DNA of 43,140 nucleotides from Trichomonas gallinae (Eukaryota): NCBI GenBank assembly GCA_008369845.1, contig MRSU01010402.1, positions 1 to 43,140 of the forward strand, read 5' to 3'. Shown piece by piece: positions 27,563 to 38,169 of this stretch (position 1 is its first letter; each line of letters starts with the position of its first letter). The notes under the pieces were generated by a model. It saw only the letters and a program-made list of their open reading frames with translations, ran no database searches and was not told where the DNA came from. The position numbers and the translations under genes were made by a program.

Positions 27563-28139
27563 TTTTTATTTTTTATTTTGTTTGTTATTTAGATTTTCTT
27601 ATAAATATTGTTTGTTTGTATTACCATGTTCATATGCATTACAAATCATAGCATTGTCGCTAAAATATTTTCATCAAAAAAATTTAAATTTAGATTTAAC
27701 TCAAATATTATTCACCATTTTCATATGTCTTGCACAAATACCGTATTAATGAAATCAAAATTAGATTCTGGCAATGGGAATTTTCAAATCACGCAATTTT
27801 AGTCAAAAACTCCTGATTTCTGGTATATGCAATCTCTACTGATGGTTCATAACAAATTTGTAGCATCAAAAGCATTTAGTAAATATGGAAAACGTAAGAA
27901 GTTTTCAGATCGTAGTCATAATGAAGCATCAATGACCAGAAATCTACTGTTTGATTTGTTATTATCTAAAGCACAAGGGTGATAATCATTGATAAAATGA
28001 TAGACTGTTTGATAATAGCATTAGCTCGCCTTTAGAGAGCTGATAATGTGACTGCTGAAATGATGATGTTATAGCAACTTTGAGATTATTTCGTTCTCTA
28101 CAAAAATAATGGAATTTAATTTTTAAACGGTCACCTGAA

Positions 28140-28640
28140 ATGCAGAGGGATTCTTTTGGGCAGCTGTGCGAAGTGTTCGATTTCTTCGTCAAGAAAGTTC
28201 TAGAACCAATAGAACCATCTAACATTCAGAAGTTAAGTCCAAAAATTACACCAGTTATGGCTCAGCAATTTTCATCTTCGTTCACACTGGCGATTACAAA
28301 CAATTCTGTACAGGAATTTCAAGCTATAGTAACAGAAAAGAATGTACAACCTAAATTACAGAAGCTAGACCAGTTGAAATCGTCTGATGGATTGAAAGTT
28401 GACATGAGAGCGTTTACATTCACCCCACAAGACCCCGAATATATCAAAGGGAAAATCGCTTACGATGCAAAATTAGAATTAATCAAAAAATTAAAATCTC
28501 AGATTGATTTCATTAATGCGCAAATTGATCAACTTTCTTTACGTGATCAGACTGCATCAGATAGAGTTGCAGAAGGCCATGCAAGAGTACAAGATCTTGA
28601 AGAAAAATTAACTCAAGTGAAAAATGGAGAAAAATTATAG
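28140..28640 (+). CDS. Nnf1/PMF1-like kinetochore (Mis12 complex) subunit
   Basis: 166 aa; EF..IV.EKNV.PKL..LDQL and a C-terminal coiled coil ending VAEGHARVQDLE parallel PMF1/Nnf1. Confidence 0.6.
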   Translation: MQRDSFGQLCEVFDFFVKKVLEPIEPSNIQKLSPKITPVMAQQFSSSFTLAITNNSVQEFQAIVTEKNVQPKLQKLDQLKSSDGLKVDMRAFTFTPQDPEYIKGKIAYDAKLELIKKLKSQIDFINAQIDQLSLRDQTASDRVAEGHARVQDLEEKLTQVKNGEKL

Positions 28641-29090
28641 GTTATTTATTGTTTGTATACTGTTTGTAAATAAAATTTTGTTATTAAAACACGATTTTTA
28701 TTATGATCTTATGTAGTTCCATAATTCTTTTACTATATTACAGGATCTATTAAATATTATTACTTCCATATGATGGAAGCTGCAATATAGCTTATATATT
28801 ATGAATGAATCGCATTATTCAAATATTCATACCCTAATTATGTTTTACTTTGTAATTCTACTTTTCACACACGATATATAAATAGGTCTAGATACATAAT
28901 AAGAGACTCTCAAGATTATTGGATTTTTGACATGTAAATTGTAAATATGTCAGAGTCCGACATGTAATGTTCGTCACTTTTCCAAAAAGTGCATCTCCTA
29001 TTCTAAGGAATTTCACCAACATTATATGAAGAAAAGTGAAATTATTCGTATGCTACGCTGTTTTCTTTAATAATTTTTCAAAATTTTAAA

Positions 29091-30116
29091 ATGAGTAAAG
29101 CAAAAAACACTACAGATTCAGGTACAGATTTCAGCCAAAAACCAATCAAACAAACAGTCATTCCTTATACAGAAAAAGCTGGCTATTATATCCTAAGGCA
29201 GCTGTATAAGAATAATAGTTGTGTTGATACTGTATTCTGGGATCCAAGGCATTTATATGAGGATTTCCCGAACTCTATGGGATCATGGAGAGATATTTAC
29301 GTTGGTTATAATCAAGATTACTTCGTTGATCCCAATTTTGATATCGATACTTGGGAAGAAGATTCACCAAAACCAAAAGGATTTCATGAAACACCACCTA
29401 TTGGAACACCAGATTATTATACACTCGTTAAAACCGATCAAAAACAATTACCAGACTTTTTATTCAACAAAATTAGTGAATACGGCACAAACTTTGCTCA
29501 AACTGGAACATTAGATTCGGGCAAAGATGAGGACGAAGGGTACTTAACAGAGCTCGATCAAGAATTCAAAAAAGCAATTTTGCAACAAATTGAAAATAAT
29601 AACAAAGTACCTAAGAATTTGGAGAGTAGAATACCTATTATACCTGCAACAGGCGGCAGAGTGACTGAATTAAAGCGTAAAGGACCTCAAAATCAAAAAT
29701 CGTCAGCATCAACACAAACTAAACAATTATCAATAGAAAAAACGAACTCAGTAACAGCAGTACAAACAAAACCAATAGAATCAGAACAAAAGAAACCAGC
29801 ACTTCAGACAAGTAATATTTTCTCCATACATATGGGCGATCCAAACCAGAAACCAAAGGCACCTCCTACACCTCGTACACTTCCTGCTCTTCAAGAAGTT
29901 CTCGACAAAGAAGAGGAAGGGATGGATGAAGAACTGCTATATGAGGTAACACGTCCTGTAGTAGGAAAACCAGGACAGTTCGTTAAAGTTAAAGAATTCC
30001 CAGGTGGAATAGTCACAGAAATGGAGATAGAAGGAATAGATGATGATGATTTCGACGATTATGATGATATAGAGGATAGAACTTCAACATTCATATCTTT
30101 GCTTGGCATGAAATAA
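29091..30116 (+). CDS. Hypothetical protein
   Basis: 341-aa ORF with an aromatic-rich N-terminal domain and a low-complexity acidic C-terminus. Confidence 0.75.
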   Translation: MSKAKNTTDSGTDFSQKPIKQTVIPYTEKAGYYILRQLYKNNSCVDTVFWDPRHLYEDFPNSMGSWRDIYVGYNQDYFVDPNFDIDTWEEDSPKPKGFHETPPIGTPDYYTLVKTDQKQLPDFLFNKISEYGTNFAQTGTLDSGKDEDEGYLTELDQEFKKAILQQIENNNKVPKNLESRIPIIPATGGRVTELKRKGPQNQKSSASTQTKQLSIEKTNSVTAVQTKPIESEQKKPALQTSNIFSIHMGDPNQKPKAPPTPRTLPALQEVLDKEEEGMDEELLYEVTRPVVGKPGQFVKVKEFPGGIVTEMEIEGIDDDDFDDYDDIEDRTSTFISLLGMK

Positions 30117-30542
30117 TATAAAATTAAATATATGACGCATATTTACTGAGAATTTCCGAATTTATTCATAATTTAAATATTCATGAAAATCATGGAAATT
30201 TTGCTATATTTTATTGGTCATATGTGATATGATGTAATAGTGGATATTCTAAAATGTTTGTGCATGTAATCAACAAAAATATTGAAAAATTCAATTAAAT
30301 CATTGTATCTTTTAAGAATTCTAGCGTATTTAATTCTATTTTGTGATAAAACCCTTGAATTTTTCTGTAAAAGTGCTTAGAAATATGAAATTAATGAATT
30401 TCTAAATTACACAAAAACCTACAGAAAACACTTAAAATTATATAGTTGATGTATCAAATCTTCAAAATCGAATACAAACTCACAATTATAATAATGTAGA
30501 AAATTTGACTAAAAACTTTAGAATATTATAATATTAAGACAA

Positions 30543-31544
30543 TTAATCTTCTTCTTGGGACTGAAGAATCGCCAACTCGTTAAGAATTTCGGCCTCCTGC
30601 TGCTTAATCTTCTGTAATGTGTTCTCATCCATCTGGAGTCCCTCGACAACATGTATATTTCCTTCCTTATCTACTGTGCATGGCAATGAGAAGAAAATTC
30701 CTGGCTTGATGCCGTATGGTGAATTTTCAGGAACTGGAATCGACATTGAGACGAAATTGTTTTCTGGTGTGCCGTAAAGCCAGTCTCGCATGCACTGGAT
30801 TGCAGCTGTGGCTGCAGAAGCAGCGCTTGATGCTCCTCTCATCATTGTGACTTTATTGCCACGCTGGGCTAATTCAGCGCTAAATTCGGTATTCACGTAC
30901 TCTGCGGAGACCTTCTCGAGAATGTGATGCCTACCAGTTGCATCTTCGTATTCTGCATTCGAAACATCTGGGATTTGGCTCGAAGATCTATTACCCCAAA
31001 TGACGACATTATAGACTTTGCTATGATGCACGCCTAATTTTTGAGCGATAGAGTAAACTGCTCTGTTGTGGTCTAATCTTGTCATTGCGCAGAAGTTCTT
31101 TGGGCCGAGATTTACGGCAGATGTCATAGCGATGAGAGCGTTAGTGTTTGTTGGCATACCAATGACGAGAACTTTAACTGTTGGTTTCGCATAATCAGAA
31201 AGTGCTCTTCCGTGCTCTGAAAAGATGGCAGCATTTCTCTGGAAGTAGTCAGCGAGCTTTGTTGTTGGTTTCTTCGGGAAAGAACCGACAAGAAATGCAA
31301 CATCAATATCCTTGAAGGCTTCTTGGACATCACTGGTGCCAATGACATCTACAAGATGCGGGAATGTGCAATCGTGGAGTTCCATAACGACTGCTTCAAG
31401 GGCCTTCATCGCTGGCGAAATTTCAAGAAGATGAAGGACGACATCTCTATCTCCGAACAGATCTCCGTTCGCAACCCTGAATGCGAGGACATAACCAATC
31501 TGACCGGCAGCGCCAGTGATAAGAACATGAAGAGGTTGCGACAT
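30543..31544 (-). CDS. MDH: Cytosolic MDH/LDH-family protein with substituted active site
   Basis: VLITGAAGQIGY Rossmann motif, MELHDC.FP, TRLDHNRA, SSAASAA; but WGNR replaces WGNH and FPKKPTTKL replaces the PR.....R loop. Confidence 0.92.
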   Translation of the reverse strand: MSQPLHVLITGAAGQIGYVLAFRVANGDLFGDRDVVLHLLEISPAMKALEAVVMELHDCTFPHLVDVIGTSDVQEAFKDIDVAFLVGSFPKKPTTKLADYFQRNAAIFSEHGRALSDYAKPTVKVLVIGMPTNTNALIAMTSAVNLGPKNFCAMTRLDHNRAVYSIAQKLGVHHSKVYNVVIWGNRSSSQIPDVSNAEYEDATGRHHILEKVSAEYVNTEFSAELAQRGNKVTMMRGASSAASAATAAIQCMRDWLYGTPENNFVSMSIPVPENSPYGIKPGIFFSLPCTVDKEGNIHVVEGLQMDENTLQKIKQQEAEILNELAILQSQEED

Positions 31545-31560
31545 TATTTTTCTATTTTTT

Positions 31561-31714
31561 TAGGGTTTTATTTTCTGTTGATAACGATTATTTTTTTGAA
31601 TTGTATATAGGGGGAGAAAAATAAAGACAGGGGATACTCCATTTGATTTATTTTGAGTAGAAAACGATTATTTTTTTTCTATTTAAATCAGGGGGAAAAA
31701 TAAAAAGGGGGATT
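31561..31714. repeat. Imperfect 80-bp tandem duplication upstream of the MDH-like gene
   Basis: TTTATTTT..GT.GA.AACGATTATTTTTTT...GGGGGA.AAAATAAA...GGGG recurs at a +80 offset (from 31561 and from 31641). Confidence 0.75.
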
Positions 31715-32460
31715 TTATAAATGCAATGTGTTTTGCTACGAAAGAGAAATTTCTTAATGTTCGAAATCCATTTTATAAGTTCGTTCAATGAAGGAGCATA
31801 ATTGCGCGTCATATCATAAATCTCAATGCCAAAGAATTTGATGACGAGACGGCTTTGATTTATGCTTCTAGATAAGGTCATGAAGTTGTCAAACTTTTTC
31901 TCGCAAATTCCTGGAATATATGTCAACACAAAAAATAAATACAACATGCCAGCTTTGATTTGGGCTTCAACAGTTGAACAGCATGAAATTGTCAGACTTT
32001 TTCTCAGTGTTTCTTGATGAGATGCTAACAATCTAGATTATGCAATGCCTCATTGATGCAGGAGGGATGTAGACTGAGTAGTCCCATCTGTTCGTGCTGA
32101 TGAAAACAACAACTGAATTCTCTTTCATAAAAAGGCATTGATGCTTGTTACTTCCGCAGACATTTTTCAAGGAAGCATGCAGTTATGCATATTGTTGCAA
32201 ATCCATGCCTTTGTCATTCATACATTCCCACTTAACGTCGGGAATTGTTGCTTGCAGAGCTTTATAGCATTCATTGATGGCTTGTCCTTTGAATAATTGT
32301 GTATCTATTTGGAATGATTTTTGTCAAATTTTCTCTGAATAAATCAGAAAACTTTTGGCATTCTGGGTCAAAGTGTGCCATGTGCGGAATAGGACCTGTT
32401 GCCGTTATCAATTAGTCACAGTGCAACCATTCTGTTTTTCCAATAAAAATTACGTTATGT
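31648..32460 (-). pseudogene. Possible decayed coding sequence
   Basis: Higher GC than flanking spacers; successive minus-strand peptide-like stretches broken by stops and frame changes; no family recognised. Confidence 0.3.
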
Positions 32461-32898
32461 AGAACTCCTAACGCTGAAATAGACAGCTGCAAAATATCTA
32501 TCTGCAAAACAAATCACTCCCTTTTTCAATAATTCTCATTAAATAATTCTATGAGAGTTATCAATTATCTTGGAAGCCCTTGGCTTCCGTTTTGTAGTTT
32601 AGATAATATTGTTATTGACAAAATTAAATAATGCTATTCTTACCTGTAAGATCTCCGAAATATAGTTTGGGAAGATAGTATCCAAAGATGGTTTTAAAAT
32701 ACATAGCTAAATTGATTTTGTCAAGATGTAATGAAATTATGACATGTAAATTGTATTTACATAGCATAAACATGTAAAACCTTTTTGAGCTAAAAAGTTG
32801 ATTTTTATATTGTACTTAGTCAGTAGTTTTCAAAAAGCAAATTAAATCAGAACAATGAATTTTGTTGGCGCCAAAATTTTTTTGTCAAATAATTTTTA

Positions 32899-34086
32899 AT
32901 GGATTGGGAGGGAAAACCTGCGTGGATAAATCGACCTCCTTATGTATCCAACTTACGTATACAGCCAGGTTTGCGCCATCCATCGCGTTTATTTACGCCT
33001 CCGGAGCCATTTAAGCACCCATCAGACCCATTTCCAGATGCTCAACTCAGAATAGCGAAAAACAAAGCGGATGTTCATCCCCAGTTGTTAATGTTTCTCA
33101 ACGATGCGAAAAATCTGTTCTCTCGACAACTTCCAAATATGGGTTCGCCATATATTACTCGCCTTGTGTTCGACTTTAATGCCGAATCTGTGCTTGTTTT
33201 GCACAAGGGAGTAGTAACTGGTGGCATCTGTTCGAGGTTGTTCCCGATTGAGCAATTTATTGAAGTTGTTTTCCTGGCAGTTGATTCTATGTTCCAATCT
33301 AGGGGCTATGGTCGTTTGGTTATGAGCTATCTCAAAAAATCAATTCTCGTTTATCCTTACTATGATATAATCGCATGTGCTGATAACGATGCTGTTATTT
33401 TCTTCAAAAAGCAGGGTTTCAATGATAAAGCAATTAATATGAATCCGAAGCGCTGGATTGGTCGTATTAAAGATTATGAAGGCGTTACTTTAGTTCATTG
33501 TCCAATTCATCAAGATATAGACTACATGACTTTCCATTCCTCCATAAACAAACAGATTAAATTTGTCGAAAATATGATTGGCCCTCACTTTATCGATCCA
33601 CCTCCAATATTGAAGAACGCTTACAGGGCCTTCCCAGAAGCGCCTTCTTTTGCATCAATATCACTGCCTGAGATAATGAAAATGACACAAGATAGATACG
33701 AACAGACTCCCGCAGAAACAGAGAAATTGGAAGATTATCAAGAAAAAATGAAAAATCAGAGAGATAAAATGCTAGCAATACTTACAGAATTAGAAAATGA
33801 CCAGAAATTTGGGTATGTTTTCACGCGCCCTGTAACAGAAGATATAGCTCCTACTTATTTCGAAACTATCAAGAATCCTATGGACTTTTGGACCATGAGG
33901 AAGAGACTTACTAGATACGTGGATTATTACAAGCGCCCTGAGATGTTTGCCGCTGATATTGCTTTGATCAACGATAATTGTAGAGCATTCAATCAGCCGG
34001 GCACCATCTATTCTACTGCAGCGACACATCTCATGTCTCGTTTCAGACAGTTGTATTTTGAGAATTTTCCTGACAATCCTATCTAA
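32899..34086 (+). CDS. GCN5: Gcn5-like histone acetyltransferase with C-terminal bromodomain
   Basis: LFSRQLPNMGSPYITRLVFD, EVVFLAV...QSRGYG, ADNDAVIFFKKQGF, IKDYEG; bromodomain FTRPV..APTYFETIKNPMD...NCRAFN. Confidence 0.95.
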   Translation: MDWEGKPAWINRPPYVSNLRIQPGLRHPSRLFTPPEPFKHPSDPFPDAQLRIAKNKADVHPQLLMFLNDAKNLFSRQLPNMGSPYITRLVFDFNAESVLVLHKGVVTGGICSRLFPIEQFIEVVFLAVDSMFQSRGYGRLVMSYLKKSILVYPYYDIIACADNDAVIFFKKQGFNDKAINMNPKRWIGRIKDYEGVTLVHCPIHQDIDYMTFHSSINKQIKFVENMIGPHFIDPPPILKNAYRAFPEAPSFASISLPEIMKMTQDRYEQTPAETEKLEDYQEKMKNQRDKMLAILTELENDQKFGYVFTRPVTEDIAPTYFETIKNPMDFWTMRKRLTRYVDYYKRPEMFAADIALINDNCRAFNQPGTIYSTAATHLMSRFRQLYFENFPDNPI

Positions 34087-34186
34087 TAATAAATTATGTT
34101 TTTATTTTGCATATCAAATGCATCACTGATGTTTTTAAACTAGAACAGAAACAATTTTATTCGAAATGAAAAATATTAAAAAAATA

Positions 34187-34750
34187 TTACTCAACAAATC
34201 CTAAGGCTTTGCAGTATGCAGTGGATTCGCCTGAATCTGTTGTTTGCAATAAACTAACTACTTTTTGGACCGTATTTCTCGCAAATGCTTGACAAAGCGG
34301 AATTAGTTTGAAATGCTCGGAACAAGACGATCTTAGTATTGTTGCGAATCCATTGACATCAATAAAATCTTTGTTTACGACGTCTGTTTGAGATGCAAAA
34401 TCGTAAAATTGAGAACAGAGCTCAAAAGCGTTTGTGAAGTCATAGAGTGGTGCCAGCCTTTTCCTTCTGCGACATGAATTGAAGCATTGCGTTTGATCGA
34501 TCGGATTCAAACTAGAACATGAAGTCATGCATTTCGTATCAATGTTTTTATTTGGATTTGCTAAGCATTCATTGGCACAGTCGCCTTTTCTCGATTCTTC
34601 GTACTTTGTATTGCATGTGTATAAACATTCTACAAATGATGAGTTGATATAGTTTTCTGATCCGGGGTATTTTTCAAAGAAGCACTGATACTGCTTAGCC
34701 AGAGTTGGTTTTGCTAAACAAGTAGCAATTATAGCTCGAATTCGTGACAT
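34187..34750 (-). CDS. Cys-rich protein with C-terminal saposin-like domain
   Basis: Four CxxxC motifs, then RRRKR, then ELC...C.......LC...YCKALG saposin-B-type spacing. Confidence 0.6.
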   Translation of the reverse strand: MSRIRAIIATCLAKPTLAKQYQCFFEKYPGSENYINSSFVECLYTCNTKYEESRKGDCANECLANPNKNIDTKCMTSCSSLNPIDQTQCFNSCRRRKRLAPLYDFTNAFELCSQFYDFASQTDVVNKDFIDVNGFATILRSSCSEHFKLIPLCQAFARNTVQKVVSLLQTTDSGESTAYCKALGFVE

Positions 34751-35378
34751 TTTAAATTTTTTGCTGTCAGAAAAGTGTCAAATCTTAAAAAGGTTAATTT
34801 CGGAATTGAGAGAAAACATCAATGATTTACGAGTTTTACTACAGAGAAACAATAATATTCACCACATATAGTTTATTCATTGAGTGAATTTGATTTCGGA
34901 AGAAAAATTTAAATATTTCAATAAAATAACCTTTAAAGATTAGTTTCTATAACCAGAAATGTAGTTTTCTTTATAGTAATAATTATTCTATCTAAATTAT
35001 TGTTGTTTGGTTTTAAATGTTATTTCGTGAGGGAATTTAGTATGTAACCATAATAAGATCAAATGTATAGTGTCAATCATAATATTATCATATGTAATAC
35101 AAATATATTAATGTGAATATAGTAATTATCGATTTTTATTATTGTTTCGAATATTTAAATTTTGTTTCTATGTGTATCTTTAACTATTATAATATTTACT
35201 CGATTGATGTAGGTTCTTTCACAATATACAAATTGTCTAATGTTGCAGAAATAATTTATTTGTCTTATTTTTTGATATTGCATTATTTTTATACTTTTTA
35301 TATGATGCAAAACTGGATGTAAATGTGCGCATGATGAAGTATAATAATAAATAAACATATTTATAAACAAATAAAATA

Positions 35379-38117
35379 TTACAAAGATTGTATGACTTTC
35401 TTGGCTTGCACTCCTGCCTGCTGAATCTCTGAAATGGAGGATTCGCAGGCAAGATTGAGAATCTCGATGAAACAGCGTTTGTTGAGGAACACGTTTGCCT
35501 TCTTTCCAAGGGATAAACCAAAAGCTTTAAGCAGCTGACAGGAAATTGCTAGAACTTCATTGCTTTGGACAGAAACCATATGGCTCTCGTTGTCAACGAC
35601 AATATTCCTTTCGTGGAGGAATACTATGAATTTGCCCATATCCTGGTAGTTATCTTTCACGAAAGTTGGGAATGATTTTGTCAGTCTGACAGTCATAGCA
35701 TAAAACGTGCTCAAGATGAGCGCGCCGAGTTTTGATAGCTTAGCATCCTCGCACGGCTTGATATTTGCTACTACATCGTGAATGAATCTCATCAGATTCA
35801 TCATCAGTTCATCAGATGGGCGTGTTAATGTTCTCGTGATCTGCTGGACAGCAATCATTATATTTATGATATCGTCTGGGTCATAGTTTGACTCTTCTGA
35901 TATCTGCATTAATCTCTCGATGTATTTATTAGATGAATCAGCAATCGGTGGTTTGGATACTGCGACATATCTTCCAATCAATCTCAATGTAATCGCTGTC
36001 AGTTTTTTGTCGCCATTTTCAATAATTATATCTAAGCATTCCAGCAACCTGAAAAAGTGACCTGAGCTGACGCTGTTGTTGGCAATTAGATAGGATATTG
36101 CTGCTATTGTATCGGCCCAAAGCTCCCTGTCGTATTCTGAAAGTGTTGATATTAAAGCTGACAGAATTTCGTCCGAATGCGACGCTAATTCGTCTTTGAG
36201 TTTCGCGCAGAGTGCAGCGATGAGGATAACATGCACAGTCATCTTGAAAGCAGATGGTTTTGCCACTGTGCCGTTTCCTGTCATTTCTTTGATGTTGTGT
36301 TCGATGAAATTCAATAACAAAGTCAGGTTATCGTCTGTCTGCTCCATTTCTACAATCGCGTCTGCGAACACTTTGTAAGGCTCGACGAGGAATTCGCGCT
36401 CATTGTCGTCAGGCGCAGCGAGAATAGCAACAACTGCGTAGATGTCATCGAAATATTGGTTTAGCATGCCAGGAATTTGAGCCATCATTGCTTTCAGGCA
36501 GACTCCCAGTAGATCAGTTAATCTGACTCTTATTACTCTTGATCTTCTGCTGTGGAGTTTGATTATCTCGAACACACTTGCGAAATCTGCTTCAGCGTTC
36601 AGTGGATATTTCTTCAAAACGCGCCACATCGTGAACAAAGACGACTCGACGAGTCGTAAATTTGACGACTTGGCAAAAAACTGAACAATTCCATGCACTG
36701 TGTGTTCATATATCCACGGGCTGCCTTGTTCTATTGTTGGCCCGTATGTCAGTGCAGCTATGCAGTTTAGAGTGGCTAAAACATCTCCTGTTGATGGCTG
36801 AGATGATATGACTTTATCAGCGATATCAGGTATAACCAACCAAGCGATTTCTTTCGATGTTTTCAAGACACTGTTTAATGCGTTTGTCGCGAAATAAGAT
36901 GGCTTGAGATCATCTGGATCTTCTATATTTTCATCGTCTGGGTTGAAAGGCGCCATCAAGTGCAGCAAAAATGGAATTAACTCAGCTGAAAAACTCTGGA
37001 TGAAAAAGTGACATGGTTGTTGATTCTTCATTAAGTTATATTCGAAGTCAGCGCAATTTTCAAGAAGGAACAAAACAGGTGTGAGTTTTTCATGAATATC
37101 TTTGATTTTTATCTTTTCTAGCTTCCATTTGTCTTCATCTGTTAATGTCTCATTATTTTCGCGTTTTTCTTCAAGATATTTCTTCATAGCATCAAGTTTG
37201 GCATTATATTTCTCTTGAGCTTGGTTATGCGCTTCTTCTGTGCAGTTTAAACAATGCATGAAAAATTCTTTAAATTTAAACAAATATTGAAGCTCTCCTT
37301 CTAAATTGTAGTAAGCTGTGAATATTTGATGCATTGTGTGCATAACCTGAACTCTCAAAGACTTTTCCTTGATTGGTTGCAAATTAAAATACAATTGTAT
37401 TGATTCATCAATGAAAAAGTATATCAGTGACTGATCATTGAGCAATGGTTGGCAATGCTGTATCAGCATGTCAATGAATTTGATTGCATGTAACTTAGAT
37501 TTAGGCTGAATCTCAGTTTGAGGTAAAATGTATTTGCAGAACTCAATAAGTTCTATAATAGAACCTGGTGGCTCCATTGGATAGTTATTTTCTATGTAAG
37601 ACTGCTCTAACAATTGTGTAAAAAGCTCCAAAACACTGCAAATAACTATTTCAGATATTTCATCCTTTTTAAGTAAACCAATCAGCATTGCTGAGAACGA
37701 TTCGAACACCTCTGGTTCAATTTTTAAGATTGATATTATAGAAAATGCAGATAAAGATCGAATATTTTCTTCAGGTGATGACAAGGCAAGTAAAAGCGCA
37801 TTTTTGGCTGATGTTCGTATATTCATTTGCGATGATGTCTCCGAAAACCATTCATTTTCGATTGTTGATAATGGTCGAATGCTTGTTTCTGTGAAAAATC
37901 GTTTGATTTCTGTTGCAGCAAATGTTCCTATGTATGGGGAGTATGTTTCCATGTCATTTAATAGCTCAATGCAAGTATTAAAATAAAAATATGGGAAACT
38001 ATTCGATAAATCAAGCAAAAACTTTCCAGCTTTAGCCGATTTGTCTGCATCAGCGCCAATAAAGTCATTCACATGATTTATAAACTCAGATAAAGGAATA
38101 AAATCTGTGGAATTCAT
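35379..38117 (-). CDS. Importin-beta-like HEAT-repeat karyopherin
   Basis: IBN_N-like N-terminus (A..EIK...EW....IR..AKNALLLALSSPE..IRSLSA); acidic loop DDENIEDPDDLKPSYFA like importin-beta HEAT8; first ATG at 38117. Confidence 0.75.
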   Translation of the reverse strand: MNSTDFIPLSEFINHVNDFIGADADKSAKAGKFLLDLSNSFPYFYFNTCIELLNDMETYSPYIGTFAATEIKRFFTETSIRPLSTIENEWFSETSSQMNIRTSAKNALLLALSSPEENIRSLSAFSIISILKIEPEVFESFSAMLIGLLKKDEISEIVICSVLELFTQLLEQSYIENNYPMEPPGSIIELIEFCKYILPQTEIQPKSKLHAIKFIDMLIQHCQPLLNDQSLIYFFIDESIQLYFNLQPIKEKSLRVQVMHTMHQIFTAYYNLEGELQYLFKFKEFFMHCLNCTEEAHNQAQEKYNAKLDAMKKYLEEKRENNETLTDEDKWKLEKIKIKDIHEKLTPVLFLLENCADFEYNLMKNQQPCHFFIQSFSAELIPFLLHLMAPFNPDDENIEDPDDLKPSYFATNALNSVLKTSKEIAWLVIPDIADKVISSQPSTGDVLATLNCIAALTYGPTIEQGSPWIYEHTVHGIVQFFAKSSNLRLVESSLFTMWRVLKKYPLNAEADFASVFEIIKLHSRRSRVIRVRLTDLLGVCLKAMMAQIPGMLNQYFDDIYAVVAILAAPDDNEREFLVEPYKVFADAIVEMEQTDDNLTLLLNFIEHNIKEMTGNGTVAKPSAFKMTVHVILIAALCAKLKDELASHSDEILSALISTLSEYDRELWADTIAAISYLIANNSVSSGHFFRLLECLDIIIENGDKKLTAITLRLIGRYVAVSKPPIADSSNKYIERLMQISEESNYDPDDIINIMIAVQQITRTLTRPSDELMMNLMRFIHDVVANIKPCEDAKLSKLGALILSTFYAMTVRLTKSFPTFVKDNYQDMGKFIVFLHERNIVVDNESHMVSVQSNEVLAISCQLLKAFGLSLGKKANVFLNKRCFIEILNLACESSISEIQQAGVQAKKVIQSL

Positions 38118-38169
38118 AAACGGGCACTGAAATTTGACAAGTAATTTTTGGAAAAATGTCAAATTATTT

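Noticed and set aside
31610..31711. G-quadruplex from four G-runs
   Set aside because: Loops of 15, 57 and 11 nt are too long for a canonical G4; the runs are better explained by the 80-bp duplication.
35113..35370. Short ORFs in the AT-rich spacer (also 40325..40834, 42500..42733, 27608..27802)
   Set aside because: Composition typical of translated AT-rich noncoding DNA, with no motifs.
11051..38117. Nuclear-transport gene cluster (RanBP1-like, exportin-like, importin-beta-like)
   Set aside because: The genes are spread over 27 kb among unrelated genes and belong to multi-member families, so chance co-location is plausible.
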